Shown: positions 46,379-56,342, counted from the stretch's first letter. The stretch is 64,000 nt of DNA from an uncultured Spartobacteria bacterium (GCA_903847935.1 CAINEX010000003.1:13250-77249); one strand, 5' to 3'. Made by a program: numbers and translations. Notes: a model not told the origin generated them from the sequence alone.

Positions 46379-46433
46379 TTGGTGAGTCAGTTCTTCCTTG
46401 GCTGGGAGGTGTCCGTGCGGGACGATCTCGTCC

Positions 46434-46889
46434 ATGGCCAAGAAATCGAAAAACATAGCTTCGGATACCCGCACTCTCACGCTTCTCGGTGGAGGACCGT
46501 TGCCGCAGCTCTCCTCACCCGACCAAGCCGTCCTGGAAACGTTCGCAAGTCCCACCGGTCGCGATTATGAAGTCACCTTCTCGACACGGGAGTTCACCTC
46601 CCACTGCCCGGTGACTGGTCAGCCCGACTTCGCCGAGATGACGATCCGCTACACGCCCGACCTGCTCTGCATCGAGAGCAAGTCGCTCAAGCAGTATCTC
46701 GGAGCCTATCGGAATCAGGCCGTCTTTGCCGAGGGCATCACCAACAGGATCCTGGACGATGTGGTGAAGGCCATCGCCCCGCGTCGTGCCGTGGTGATCG
46801 GCGATTTTGTACCCCGAGGCGGCATCGGGATCCGGGTGGAGGCCACCCATGTTGGGAAGAAAGTCTCCCACGCAAAGAAAAGCCGGTGA
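46434..46889 (+). CDS. queF: NADPH-dependent 7-cyano-7-deazaguanine reductase
   Basis: EFTSHCPVTGQPDFAEMTIRYTPD..CIESKSLKQYLGAYRN (catalytic Cys and QueF motif). ATG at 46434. Confidence 0.9.
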   Translation: MAKKSKNIASDTRTLTLLGGGPLPQLSSPDQAVLETFASPTGRDYEVTFSTREFTSHCPVTGQPDFAEMTIRYTPDLLCIESKSLKQYLGAYRNQAVFAEGITNRILDDVVKAIAPRRAVVIGDFVPRGGIGIRVEATHVGKKVSHAKKSR

Positions 46890-47584
46890 AGGTTGTTGTT
46901 CTGCTGAGCGGCGGACTCGATTCCGTGACGGCACTTCACGAGGCGCTTGCTGAGCATGAGGTGGTGGCTTCCCTCAGCTTCGACTACGGAGCCAAACACC
47001 ATGCCCGCGAGCTTCCGATGGCGGCATGGCAGAGCGAGAAAGCCGGCATTCCGCATGCCACGGTCAACCTGCCCTTCGTTGCGGAGGAGTTCCGCTCCGA
47101 CCTGCTCGCGGGCGGAGGAGAGATCCCCGACGGTCACTATGCGGAGGAGTCGATGAAGAGCACGGTCGTTCCTTTCCGTAACGGGATCATGCTTTCGATC
47201 GCGGCAGGATTTGCGGAAAGCCGCGGGGCGGAGGCGGTCGTGATTGCGGCCCACTCCGGAGACCATGCCATTTACCCCGACTGCAGGGAGGAATTTCTCA
47301 AGCCCATGGCCGATGCCATCAGAGCTGGAACCTATGCGGGGATCGTCGTGTTGAGACCTTTCGTCTCGATCGACAAAGCAGGGATCGTGCGGCGTGGCAA
47401 CCTGTTGGGAGTCGACTTTTCGCACACCTGGTCCTGTTACAAGGGGGGAGAGATTCATTGCGGCACCTGCGGCACCTGCGTGGAGAGACGCGAGGCGTTC
47501 CTGCTGGCGGGAGTCCCTGATCCGACGAGGTATGCCGAGACGGGTCCGCTGCCTGCTAAGCCCGCGGCAGAAACCACTCGATGA
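46886..47584 (+). CDS. queC: 7-cyano-7-deazaguanine synthase
   Basis: VVLLSGGLDSVTAL PP-loop and the C-terminal zinc cluster CYKGGEIHCGTCGTCVER. The GTG overlaps the queF stop. Confidence 0.92.
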   Translation: MKVVVLLSGGLDSVTALHEALAEHEVVASLSFDYGAKHHARELPMAAWQSEKAGIPHATVNLPFVAEEFRSDLLAGGGEIPDGHYAEESMKSTVVPFRNGIMLSIAAGFAESRGAEAVVIAAHSGDHAIYPDCREEFLKPMADAIRAGTYAGIVVLRPFVSIDKAGIVRRGNLLGVDFSHTWSCYKGGEIHCGTCGTCVERREAFLLAGVPDPTRYAETGPLPAKPAAETTR

Positions 47585-48279
47585 GGATCTCGGAGATTTT
47601 CCATTCCATTCAGGGTGAAGGTCTGCTGCTCGGAGTGCCCTCCGTCTTCGTGAGGACATCGGGATGCAACCTCCGGTGCCGCTGGTGTGACACGCCTTAT
47701 GCCTCCTGGAATCCGGAGGGAGAGGAGATGACATTTCCCACGATCATGCAGCGGGTCAGGAGTTACGAATGCCGACACGTCGTCCTGACCGGCGGAGAGC
47801 CGATGGTGGCTTCAGGGATTCGGGAACTTGCTTCCATCCTGCGGGAGGAGGGCTTTCACATCACGATCGAGACAGCGGCGACAGTTGTTCCCGAAGGCAT
47901 TGCATTCGATCTGGCCTCCCTCAGTCCGAAACTCGCCGACTCCACCCCGGAGTGGGAAACTGCCGGCCCCTGGCGGGAACGTCATGAATCCACCCGCAGG
48001 AAGCCATCGGTGATACGACAATGGCTTCAGGCTGGACCTTGCCAACTGAAGTTTGTGGTTTCCCAAGTGGAGGATCTTCCCGAGATCGAGGAGCTTCTCA
48101 ACGAGGTGGGCGCGGTTCACGGCTTTACCCGCGACAGGGTCCTGCTCATGCCCGAGGGGACGGATGTGGAGACATTGCGGGAGCGCGGTCCGGTCTTGGC
48201 CGAGATCTGTTTGGAGCATGGATTTCGATTTGCACCGAGAATCCATATCGAGCTCTTTGGCAACATCCGCGGCACCTGA
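47581..48279 (+). CDS. queE: 7-carboxy-7-deazaguanine synthase (radical SAM)
   Basis: EIFHSIQGEG and the radical-SAM cluster CNLRCRWCDT. The ATG overlaps the queC stop. Confidence 0.9.
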   Translation: MRISEIFHSIQGEGLLLGVPSVFVRTSGCNLRCRWCDTPYASWNPEGEEMTFPTIMQRVRSYECRHVVLTGGEPMVASGIRELASILREEGFHITIETAATVVPEGIAFDLASLSPKLADSTPEWETAGPWRERHESTRRKPSVIRQWLQAGPCQLKFVVSQVEDLPEIEELLNEVGAVHGFTRDRVLLMPEGTDVETLRERGPVLAEICLEHGFRFAPRIHIELFGNIRGT

Positions 48280-48290
48280 GGGTCGGGCTC

Positions 48291-48341
48291 GCGATCTCGG
48301 CGGATAGCTATGTTGGCCTGCGCTTGCAGTATGTCTCATAC
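48291..48341 (+). repeat. Dispersed intergenic repeat, copy B (12 nt after the queE stop)
   Basis: GCGATCTCGGCGGATAGCTATGTTGGCCTGCG is followed by the short hairpin GTATG-TCT-CATAC (48329-48341). Confidence 0.75.
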
Positions 48342-48472
48342 AACACGGTGTAGCGGCATAGCGGTATAGCGCAGCCCACTAACTTCCAAGGAGGAGGAAG
48401 AGCCCTTTGATCACGTCTCCTTCTCGTTCCGGATTGCAAAAACGGGCTGATAGCTTTATCGACAGGGTGCTT

Positions 48473-49405
48473 ATGCAGCGTCACTTCAACAGTTTTCTAT
48501 TTTGCCTTCTTGCAGGGATTTTTATTACCGCTCCGCTTTATGCGGAGAGTTCCATCATTGTTGATAACCAGACAGGCAGGATCTTGGAGGGGGTCAACAG
48601 GGATCAAAAGCTGCCGATCGCCAGCCTGACAAAGCTCGCTCTGGCCATGGTCGCCCTGGACTGGTCGGAACTGAAGGGTGGTAATCTCGAAGAGACCGCA
48701 ACGGTGCCCGAATCCGCGATCTCCACGACCGGAGGAATCAACCCTCTTGGCCTCCAGGCCGGGGATGTGCTGACCTTGAGGGATCTTCTGTACGCCTGCC
48801 TGCTTGCCTCCGATAACGTGTCGGCAGTCACCTTGGCAAACCACTTGGGAAGGGCGCTTCCGAATGCCACCGGCCTTGATCCCGTCGGCAATACCGTTTC
48901 CCAGATGAATGCCTTGGCCCGTCAGTTGGGAATGCGCCACACCCTCTTCCTGAACCCCCATGGCCTCGATACACCCGAGGGAATGGCCGAGCCCCACTCC
49001 TCCGCTGCCGACCTAGCACGTCTTGCACGCTACGGCTACTCCAAGTCGGGCCTCTCCTTCTATGTCTCGCAGGGCACCAGGGAAATCCACGTTCAACGCG
49101 GCGCATCGAATCTCGGAGTTCAACTTCACAATACGAACGCCCTGCTGGGCACGGATCACATCGATGGGGTGAAGACAGGACGCACCTCGCGCGCAGGCGA
49201 CTGCATCATTCTAACCTCCGAACACACCCCTGAAGTTGTCCATCAGGGCGATACGGTGCTTACCACGCCGCGTCGTATCATTGTTGTGTTACTGGGGGGT
49301 GCCAATCGCGAGCAGGAGGGATTAGCTTTAATCCAGCACGGCTGGGGTCTCTACGACGCCTGGGCTGGACAGGGGCGCCCTGCCAAGGCCTCCAATTCGC
49401 TCTAA
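48473..49405 (+). CDS. D-alanyl-D-alanine carboxypeptidase (peptidase S11, PBP5/6-like)
   Basis: SxxK motif in PIASLTKLA, SDN motif in LASDNVSA, and KTG in GVKTGRTSRAG. Signal-like N-terminus from ATG 48473. Confidence 0.8.
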   Translation: MQRHFNSFLFCLLAGIFITAPLYAESSIIVDNQTGRILEGVNRDQKLPIASLTKLALAMVALDWSELKGGNLEETATVPESAISTTGGINPLGLQAGDVLTLRDLLYACLLASDNVSAVTLANHLGRALPNATGLDPVGNTVSQMNALARQLGMRHTLFLNPHGLDTPEGMAEPHSSAADLARLARYGYSKSGLSFYVSQGTREIHVQRGASNLGVQLHNTNALLGTDHIDGVKTGRTSRAGDCIILTSEHTPEVVHQGDTVLTTPRRIIVVLLGGANREQEGLALIQHGWGLYDAWAGQGRPAKASNSL

Positions 49406-49409
49406 AGCA

Positions 49410-50492
49410 ATGTCAAAAAAACGTATCGGCGTCCTCACCAGCGGAGGCGACTGCCCAGGTCTGAATGCGGTGCTTCGCGGGATCTATTGCGCCTCGGAAG
49501 AGCTTGGATGGGAGGTGCTTGGCTTTCGTGACGGCTACGAGGGAATGCTTGCTGAGGGCGGAGATTTCCTGATGCTAAATCGCCAGAACACGTCCGGCAT
49601 CATGCAGGTGGGTGGCACGATTCTTGGTACCACCAACAAGGGTCACTTCTCTTCCAAGGTAGGTCCGGGGGAGAAGGCCTTCATCCCGGAGGAGATCATC
49701 TCCAAGGCTGCCAAGACATGCCGGGAACTCGACCTGTCCGCCATTATCGCCATTGGAGGGGATGGCTCGATGAGCACAGCTCTCCAGCTCTACCGCTCGG
49801 GGTTCCCGATGATCGGCGTGCCCAAAACGATCGATAACGATCTGGAGGCGACCGCGATGACGTTTGGCTTTGACTCGGCGGTGGCCTGCGTGACCGATGC
49901 GCTCGACCGACTTCACACGACGGCAGCAAGCCACAAGAGGGTCATCATTCTCCAGGTCATGGGCCGCCACGCCGGATGGATTGCCCTCTGGGGAGGGATT
50001 GCCGGAGCGGCCGACATCATCCTGATTCCCGAGATCCCCTTCTCTCTCGAAAAGGTCGCGGAGGAGATAAAGCGCCGCGAAGAGGCAGGATACAAAAGCA
50101 CGATGATCGTGGTGGCCGAGGGGGCTCGCACCCAGCACGGCCAGCAGTTTCGCAAACAGTCCGCAAGCGGGGAATGGCGCCTCGGAGGCATCGGGGAGAT
50201 GGTTGGCCAGGAGACGGAGGCGCGTACCGGCAAGGAGACGCGTGTCTGCGTGTTGGGGCATCTTCAGCGTGGAGGAGACCCGACTTCACTCGACCGGATC
50301 CTCGGTATCCGTTTCGGGGTCAAGGCCGTGGAGTTGGTGAGTCAGCAAAAATTCGGCACCATGGTCAGCTATCAGAACTACGACGTCTGTGACGTGCCGA
50401 TCGCCGACGCAGTTCACCGGCTTAAAAAAGTTCCCCCATCCTGCCAACTCGTCCAGACCGCTCGTGCCGTGGGCACGAGCTTCGGAGACTGA
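49410..50492 (+). CDS. 6-phosphofructokinase (360-aa paralogue, GGDGS + PKTIDND signature)
   Basis: IGVLTSGGDCPGLNAVLRG, IAIGGDGS, GVPKTIDNDL and MGRHAGWIAL motifs. Confidence 0.9.
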   Translation: MSKKRIGVLTSGGDCPGLNAVLRGIYCASEELGWEVLGFRDGYEGMLAEGGDFLMLNRQNTSGIMQVGGTILGTTNKGHFSSKVGPGEKAFIPEEIISKAAKTCRELDLSAIIAIGGDGSMSTALQLYRSGFPMIGVPKTIDNDLEATAMTFGFDSAVACVTDALDRLHTTAASHKRVIILQVMGRHAGWIALWGGIAGAADIILIPEIPFSLEKVAEEIKRREEAGYKSTMIVVAEGARTQHGQQFRKQSASGEWRLGGIGEMVGQETEARTGKETRVCVLGHLQRGGDPTSLDRILGIRFGVKAVELVSQQKFGTMVSYQNYDVCDVPIADAVHRLKKVPPSCQLVQTARAVGTSFGD

Positions 50493-50493
50493 C

Positions 50494-51033
50494 ATGCCGG
50501 AAACTGACCTGGCCCGGGCGGTTCGTACGATTCCCGACTTTCCGAAGCCGGGCGTCCTCTTCCGAGACATCTCGCCGCTGCTTGAGGATGCGGTTCTTTT
50601 TCACAAGACGATCCAGCTGCTTGCCGCAGAGTGCTCGGACCTTCATCCCTCCAAGATCATCGGCATCGATGCGCGAGGATTCATCTTTGGTGCCGCTCTC
50701 GCCTACAAGCTGGGGCTCGGTTTTGTGCCCGTCCGCAAGAAAGGAAAACTCCCCTCCCATACCATTTCCCATGCCTATGATCTGGAGTATGGATCAGCAG
50801 AATTGGAAATTCACAGTGATAGCATCCGCGCCGGAGAAGCGGTTGTCATCGTGGACGATCTCTTGGCGACTGGTGGAACTGCCGGCGCTGTCCTGAAACT
50901 TCTCGACCAAATTGGAGCGAAGGCTCTCCTGGCACTTTTCGTGGTGGAGTTGCCTGACTTGGGAGGACGGGCTTCTCTGGCACCCTGTGAGGTCAGATCC
51001 CTGATGGCGTTCGGGGATCAGGTACATTCGTAA
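50494..51033 (+). CDS. apt: Adenine phosphoribosyltransferase
   Basis: IPDFPKPGVLFRDISPLL and the PRPP-binding motif VVIVDDLLATGGTA. ATG at 50494, directly after the pfk stop. Confidence 0.92.
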   Translation: MPETDLARAVRTIPDFPKPGVLFRDISPLLEDAVLFHKTIQLLAAECSDLHPSKIIGIDARGFIFGAALAYKLGLGFVPVRKKGKLPSHTISHAYDLEYGSAELEIHSDSIRAGEAVVIVDDLLATGGTAGAVLKLLDQIGAKALLALFVVELPDLGGRASLAPCEVRSLMAFGDQVHS

Positions 51034-51049
51034 GAGGGAGGTATAGGAA

Positions 51050-51727
51050 TCAGCAGCTTCCCTCCTGGGGGGAACGGCGGGATCTTGACTTTTTCCAGAC
51101 CCACCAGGCAATTGCAAGCGCCATGGCCGCGGCAATCACGATGTCCGAAGGGTGATGAGCGCCCAGCAAGAGTCGGGAAAGGGCTATGGCGGCCGCAACA
51201 AGCATCGCCGGAAGACCCCAGAGCGGGGAGGCAAAGAGTAATACGCCCGCAAATCCGAAAGCGGTCGCGGTGTGGCCCGAGGGGAAGCTGTTGAAATCAG
51301 CCTGACCGATTAGCCACTGATCGCCATGTTTGGGGCCATACCATCCCTGTTCCGCGACGGCCCGAGGGCGCGTCCGCCCTGTCGTGAGGCGCAAGGCATT
51401 CGCGGTCATGCCAGAGAGCGTTGAAGCGATCATCGCCGCCAGAAGGATCTTCTGCCAACGGACGTTGCGCAACCAGCGTGCCAAGACATACCCGAGAAGC
51501 CCAAGGATCATCAATTCCGGCCAATCCCCATACTGGCTGCAGAGAGCGACGATTCGGCTATGGTTCCAGTGCCCATGATTGGCAGCGAGGATTGAGGGCG
51601 TCACCGCTGCATCCACGAGAAAAGAGGCAGTGACCAAGAGGAGTCCAAGAAGGATTATAGCCGGAACAACAAGCCGTCGTAATGCCCTGTTGGTCGATGA
51701 GGAAAGAGTGTCAGGAGTGCGGTCCAT
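51050..51727 (-). CDS. PAP2-family (type 2 phosphatidic acid/undecaprenyl-PP) phosphatase
   Basis: The three PAP2 motifs are RLTTGRTRP, SFPSGHT and LSRLLLGAHHPSD. Multiple TM helices. Confidence 0.8.
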   Translation of the reverse strand: MDRTPDTLSSSTNRALRRLVVPAIILLGLLLVTASFLVDAAVTPSILAANHGHWNHSRIVALCSQYGDWPELMILGLLGYVLARWLRNVRWQKILLAAMIASTLSGMTANALRLTTGRTRPRAVAEQGWYGPKHGDQWLIGQADFNSFPSGHTATAFGFAGVLLFASPLWGLPAMLVAAAIALSRLLLGAHHPSDIVIAAAMALAIAWWVWKKSRSRRSPQEGSC

Positions 51728-51868
51728 GAGATGGAATGCCCAGCAGTTCGTTCGGGAGTAGGCTTGAGGTCAAGCCCTGAACTCCACTACAAGAAGAAAT
51801 TTCACTGAGTGAAGAGGTTGCAGTTGAAGGGTTTCGCTTGCTCCTGAGGGTTTTGCAGTTACCCAAGA

Positions 51869-52810
51869 ATGATGCCAAAACGCATTTTTCCAGCTGCATT
51901 GGGCTTTTTACTCGGTCTGATGCTGTTGCTGACGGGTTGTGCGGTGGGGACATCCACGATCCCATCCGTATCTCGCTCCACTTCAAATTCGGTGCCGGTG
52001 GTGGCTGGCACCGAGGTGGCTCCCACCAAGTCCTCCTCGCTCTGGCTCCAAGGTCAGGGTCAGAGACGTGTGCCGGACGCCAATCCCCCAGCCATCCGAG
52101 CCGTCTCAGCCATCATGATTGATGCACGAACGGGGGAAACGCTTTACCAGAAAAATGCCGACGAGCCGCGTCAGGTCGCCAGCACGCAGAAGCTTGTCAC
52201 CGCGCTGATCGTGGCGGAACAGGATCCCCTCGACGAGCCTGTCCGTGTTGATCGCAGGGACACCAACGTCGAGCCCACCAAGGTTGGTATTCGCGCCGGA
52301 GAACTATACACGCGCCGTCAGCTTCTGCGGGCCATGCTTGTTCATAGTGCCAATGACTGTGCGGCCGCGCTTGCCCGGGCTCATTCGGGGAGCATTGCCG
52401 AGTTTTCCGGTGAGATGAACCGGTTGGCCCAGCGGTGTGGAACGACCTGCTCGCACTTCGTGAATCCCCATGGCCTTCCGGCCCAACAGCACTCGACCGC
52501 ACGTGACATGGCCCGTATCGCTTTCCGGGCGTACCACAATCCCGATCTACGTGAAGCGATGGCCATGCGTTCGTATTGTTTCCGCTATGCAAGCGGCAGG
52601 CTCTGCATGCTGGAGCCGACCAACAAGCTTTTGGAGCGCTCTCCCTTCTTCAATGGCATGAAGACGGGCTACACAGAGGCGGCTGGCAAGTGCCTTGTCA
52701 GCAGCTACAGCCGTGGTGGTCGCGAGCTGATCCTTGTGCAATTGGGGAGCCACGCCCGCTATGTTTTCGATGATGCCCAGCGCCTCATCGGATGGGCGGC
52801 CGGATCTTAA
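51869..52810 (+). CDS. D-alanyl-D-alanine carboxypeptidase (peptidase S11), lipoprotein paralogue
   Basis: Lipobox LLTGC. SxxK in VASTQKLVTA, SxN in HSANDCAAA, and KTG in GMKTGYTEAAG. Confidence 0.8.
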   Translation: MMPKRIFPAALGFLLGLMLLLTGCAVGTSTIPSVSRSTSNSVPVVAGTEVAPTKSSSLWLQGQGQRRVPDANPPAIRAVSAIMIDARTGETLYQKNADEPRQVASTQKLVTALIVAEQDPLDEPVRVDRRDTNVEPTKVGIRAGELYTRRQLLRAMLVHSANDCAAALARAHSGSIAEFSGEMNRLAQRCGTTCSHFVNPHGLPAQQHSTARDMARIAFRAYHNPDLREAMAMRSYCFRYASGRLCMLEPTNKLLERSPFFNGMKTGYTEAAGKCLVSSYSRGGRELILVQLGSHARYVFDDAQRLIGWAAGS

Positions 52811-52820
52811 AAAAGAGCAA

Positions 52821-53387
52821 TCAAGCCTTCCACTTGATACTGCAGCCCAAGGCTGGCGGCCATGGCTCTGGTACCTGCAGGCCCCCGGCAACGGCTTCTA
52901 GGGCCTTGCGAAGATCTTCTCCAGTATTGGGCAGTCCGTTTTTTGGACTGCTGGCATCCAAGCGTCCCCTGTAGGCAAGGCGGCTTTCGGAATCAAAGAG
53001 AAAGAAATCGGGCGTGCAGACGGCCGTGTAAGCGCGCGCCACCTCCTGGGACTCATCATACAGGACAGGGAAGGAAAAGTCTGATGAGGCAACCATCTCA
53101 CGAAGTTTTTCGGGGGCGTCTGCAGGGTAGGCCACAGCGTCGTTGGAACTGATTCCCACCGTCGAGATGCCGCGAAGGGCATATTCCTCGGAGAGGCTCT
53201 TTAGATGCTCTCGAACATGGACCACATAGGGGCAGTGTCCGCACAGGAAGACAATCAGGGTGCCCTCCCTCCCCCCGACGTCTGCAAGGGATCGGGTCGT
53301 CCCGGTAGTGACATCGGGCAAGGTGAAGTCCGGCGCCTTGGTGCCGGCGCTCATGGTGTCTGGGAAGTCAGCGGAGGAGGTTGCCAT
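52821..53387 (-). CDS. Thioredoxin-fold redoxin (AhpC/TSA-like thiol-disulfide oxidoreductase)
   Basis: KAPDFTLPD and the CGHCPY redox motif. ATG at 53387 is preferred. Confidence 0.75.
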   Translation of the reverse strand: MATSSADFPDTMSAGTKAPDFTLPDVTTGTTRSLADVGGREGTLIVFLCGHCPYVVHVREHLKSLSEEYALRGISTVGISSNDAVAYPADAPEKLREMVASSDFSFPVLYDESQEVARAYTAVCTPDFFLFDSESRLAYRGRLDASSPKNGLPNTGEDLRKALEAVAGGLQVPEPWPPALGCSIKWKA

Positions 53388-53512
53388 AGTATCGATGGGA
53401 TGGGGTTGAATGAATGAGCGGATGCTGACGGAAGAGGATCGCAGACGCAATACCCAAGCCGGTCACAATCCTCGTGACCCGATCCCCCTGTAAGGCATAG
53501 GATGGGCTTCCG

Positions 53513-54406
53513 ATGCCATCTAAGAAAACAACCGTAACGGCCTCCTCCAAGCGCGCCGCAACTCCTAAAAAAGCATCCGGATCCGTGGGACTCTTGAGGA
53601 TCGGTAAGGCCGCGTTCGTGACGCTAGGTGGGAAAGATCCTCTCTTCATCCTTGGTCCCTGCGTGATCGAGGGGGCAAAGCCGCTGTTGAAGGCGGCCCG
53701 GACGATCAAGTCGATCTGTTCGGACCTCGGGGTTCAGTTTGTGTTCAAGGCCTCCTATGACAAGGCCAACAGGACGTCCGGCTCCTCGTACCGCGGCATC
53801 GGGGCTCTCGACGGTTGCCGGATGCTTGCCGAGGTGGGAGCCTCTATCGGTGTTCCGGTCACGACCGACATCCACTCCCCGCAGGAGGCCGAGATCGCTT
53901 CGGAGTTTATCGATCTGCTACAGATCCCGGCCTTCCTCTGCCGGCAGACCGACCTGATCGAGGCGGCGGCGCGATCCGGACGGGCCGTGAATGTGAAAAA
54001 AGGACAGTTTCTCGCCCCTTGGGACTTGGCTCCCATCGCTGGGAAACTCCGCGCAGCGGGGTGTGAATCCTTCTGTTTTACCGAGCGCGGCACCACCTTC
54101 GGTTACAATAATCTCGTGGCCGACATGCGATCGCTCTACTGGATCCGGGAGCAGGGTTTTCCGGTCATCTTCGATGCAACCCACTCCGTCCAGCGCCCCG
54201 GCGGTGGCGGCGGGCATACGACCGGAGATGGGCATCTGGCACCCGTGCTCGCACGGGCCGCAATGGCGGCAGGGGTTGACGGCATCTTTCTGGAAACCCA
54301 TGAGAATCCGGCGAAGGCTCCCTCCGACGGGCCCAATCAGATTCCCCATGCGAAGCTCGCTGAAACCCTGAAATCACTCCTTTCGATCCGTCGTGCACTT
54401 GCCTGA
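53513..54406 (+). CDS. kdsA: 3-deoxy-8-phosphooctulonate (KDO-8-P) synthase
   Basis: FVFKASYDKANRTS, LQIPAFLCRQTDL and FDATHSVQ motifs. Confidence 0.93.
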   Translation: MPSKKTTVTASSKRAATPKKASGSVGLLRIGKAAFVTLGGKDPLFILGPCVIEGAKPLLKAARTIKSICSDLGVQFVFKASYDKANRTSGSSYRGIGALDGCRMLAEVGASIGVPVTTDIHSPQEAEIASEFIDLLQIPAFLCRQTDLIEAAARSGRAVNVKKGQFLAPWDLAPIAGKLRAAGCESFCFTERGTTFGYNNLVADMRSLYWIREQGFPVIFDATHSVQRPGGGGGHTTGDGHLAPVLARAAMAAGVDGIFLETHENPAKAPSDGPNQIPHAKLAETLKSLLSIRRALA

Positions 54407-54419
54407 TTTCAAGAATGTG

Positions 54420-54911
54420 ATGGTGCCCTTGCTGGTGGCGCTCCTTCTCACGGGAAGTGCTCCGTTAGTACACGCCGCAAGCGGGTCAAAGAACAATGCA
54501 GAGCTTGCGCCCGAGTCCACATCCAGCAACGCTGCCAAGATTGACCTACCTGTTCCCGTGGGAGAGCCGGTCAAGGGGATCAAGATTCCCCAGTATGACG
54601 AGCAGGGAAACCTCACCATGAACCTCACGGCTGAGGTTGCCCGCAAGCTCGACGAGCGGCAAGTCGAGCTCACCAAACTCAAAGTGCAGTTCAACGACAA
54701 GGAGCAGAAGCAAATCATTGTCGAGATTCCCCACAGCATGCTCGATCTGGAGACCAAGAAGTTGATCGCTGATTCGGAAACCGTCATCAGTCGTGAGGAT
54801 TTTGAGATCACGGGCCAGACCGCGGAGTTTGACACCGTCGCCCGGCAAGGCATCTTCAAGGGACATGTCCGGGCCTCTTTCCGGAACGACAACGCCCCGA
54901 TTCTCCCATGA
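54420..54911 (+). CDS. lptC: LptC-like LPS export periplasmic protein
   Basis: It has a signal-anchor and a beta-jellyroll-like sequence, and sits between kdsA and lptA as in canonical loci. Start is ambiguous (GTG 54393, or ATG 54420). Confidence 0.55.
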   Translation: MVPLLVALLLTGSAPLVHAASGSKNNAELAPESTSSNAAKIDLPVPVGEPVKGIKIPQYDEQGNLTMNLTAEVARKLDERQVELTKLKVQFNDKEQKQIIVEIPHSMLDLETKKLIADSETVISREDFEITGQTAEFDTVARQGIFKGHVRASFRNDNAPILP

Positions 54912-55501
54912 AGCCATTCCTCTACCTCCTCCTGGCATTGACGTTCCAGAGTGGCCGACTCGTGGCCCAGTATGCTCAGGATCCGGGTCCAACGGCAGGG
55001 GTTGCCCCCGAGAGTGGCACCATGATGGGTGGAATCATGCCCCAAGCTGGCGAGCGCCCCAAGAATTCCCGCACCGTGATCGAGAGTGATGACGGAGCCA
55101 CGTTCGATAGCACGAGCAACACGGCTGACTTCACCGGTCACGTCGTCGTTCACGATCCCCAGTTCGACCTCTCAGCCAGCACCCTCCATGTCGTTCTGCG
55201 GCCGGACCGAAAGGGGCTTGAGCAGGTCATTGCAACAGGGTCCGTCGTCATCACCCAAGAGAAGAAGAACGACCGCGGCGATCTTGTCAAATCGGTCGGG
55301 AAATGCGGGAAGGCGACGTATGAAACCGCCTCGGGTGACGTACGCCTGGAGGAGTGGCCCCAGATTCAGCAGGGGATCAATAACCAGATTGCCACCGAGA
55401 AGACCACTGTCATGATCCTCAACGCCAAGGGCCGCTCCCGCACCATCGGGCCCAGCCGTACCATGATTGTCGATCAGGGTGAAAAGGCCATCACCCCGTA
55501 A
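54908..55501 (+). CDS. lptA: LptA/OstA-like LPS transport periplasmic protein
   Basis: Signal peptide plus OstA_N-like repeats (ADFTGHVVVHDPQFDLSASTLHV ... ATGSVVITQ ... GKATYETASGDVRLE). The ATG overlaps the lptC stop. Confidence 0.7.
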   Translation: MKPFLYLLLALTFQSGRLVAQYAQDPGPTAGVAPESGTMMGGIMPQAGERPKNSRTVIESDDGATFDSTSNTADFTGHVVVHDPQFDLSASTLHVVLRPDRKGLEQVIATGSVVITQEKKNDRGDLVKSVGKCGKATYETASGDVRLEEWPQIQQGINNQIATEKTTVMILNAKGRSRTIGPSRTMIVDQGEKAITP

Positions 55502-55526
55502 TTCCCCACCCGAACGCCCGATACCC

Positions 55527-56342
55527 ATGAGCACCAACGGCGAATTTCAATTCACCTCGGATCCGGTCAATGCCACACCAAGCCGCTTTGAGTCAGCGCC
55601 CGTCATATCAGACCGAGACGAACCGATCTTAAGGACCGACAAGCTCGTCAAGATCTACAATGGCCGCTCTGTTGTAAACGGCGTCGACATCCATGTCCGC
55701 AAGGGGGAGATCGTCGGACTTCTCGGACCGAACGGTGCGGGAAAAACAACCACCTTCTACATGATCGTCGGCCTCGTACGCCCGGATGGCGGCAGAACTT
55801 TCTTCCACGGCAAGGATGTCACCCACGAGCCGATGTACAAAAGAGCCCGACTTGGCATGGGATACCTGCCGCAGGAGGAGTCTATCTTCCGCAAGCTCAC
55901 CGTCCGGCAGAATATCATGGCGATTCTGGAGACCACCTCTCTCAACAAGAAGGAGCGGAACGAGCGCTGCGACGAGCTGCTCGAGCGATTCGGTATCGCC
56001 CACCTTGCCAAGAACGAGTCGCTCACCCTCTCCGGCGGAGAGAAGCGCCGCCTGACCATTGCCCGCTCGCTGGTGACCAATCCCAAGATGCTCATGCTCG
56101 ACGAGCCCTTCAGCGGCGTCGATCCTATCGCGGTCTACGATGTGCAGCAGATCATCTCCGACCTCCGAGACATGGGGCTTGCGATCATCATCACCGACCA
56201 CAATGTCCGTGAGACCCTTGCCATCACGGACCGCGCCTACCTCATTTTCGAAGGTCGCGTCGAGAGTCAGGGCGACAAGGACTTCCTCCTGCACGACCCG
56301 ATCAGCCGCAAACTCTATCTCGGCGAGTCCTTTGCCATGTAG
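55527..56342 (+). CDS. lptB: LPS export ABC transporter ATP-binding protein
   Basis: GLLGPNGAGKTTTFYM Walker A, LSGGEKRRLTIARSL signature, and MLMLDEPFSGVDP Walker B. ATG at 55527 leaves a ~35-aa N-terminal extension relative to typical LptB. Confidence 0.92.
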   Translation: MSTNGEFQFTSDPVNATPSRFESAPVISDRDEPILRTDKLVKIYNGRSVVNGVDIHVRKGEIVGLLGPNGAGKTTTFYMIVGLVRPDGGRTFFHGKDVTHEPMYKRARLGMGYLPQEESIFRKLTVRQNIMAILETTSLNKKERNERCDELLERFGIAHLAKNESLTLSGGEKRRLTIARSLVTNPKMLMLDEPFSGVDPIAVYDVQQIISDLRDMGLAIIITDHNVRETLAITDRAYLIFEGRVESQGDKDFLLHDPISRKLYLGESFAM

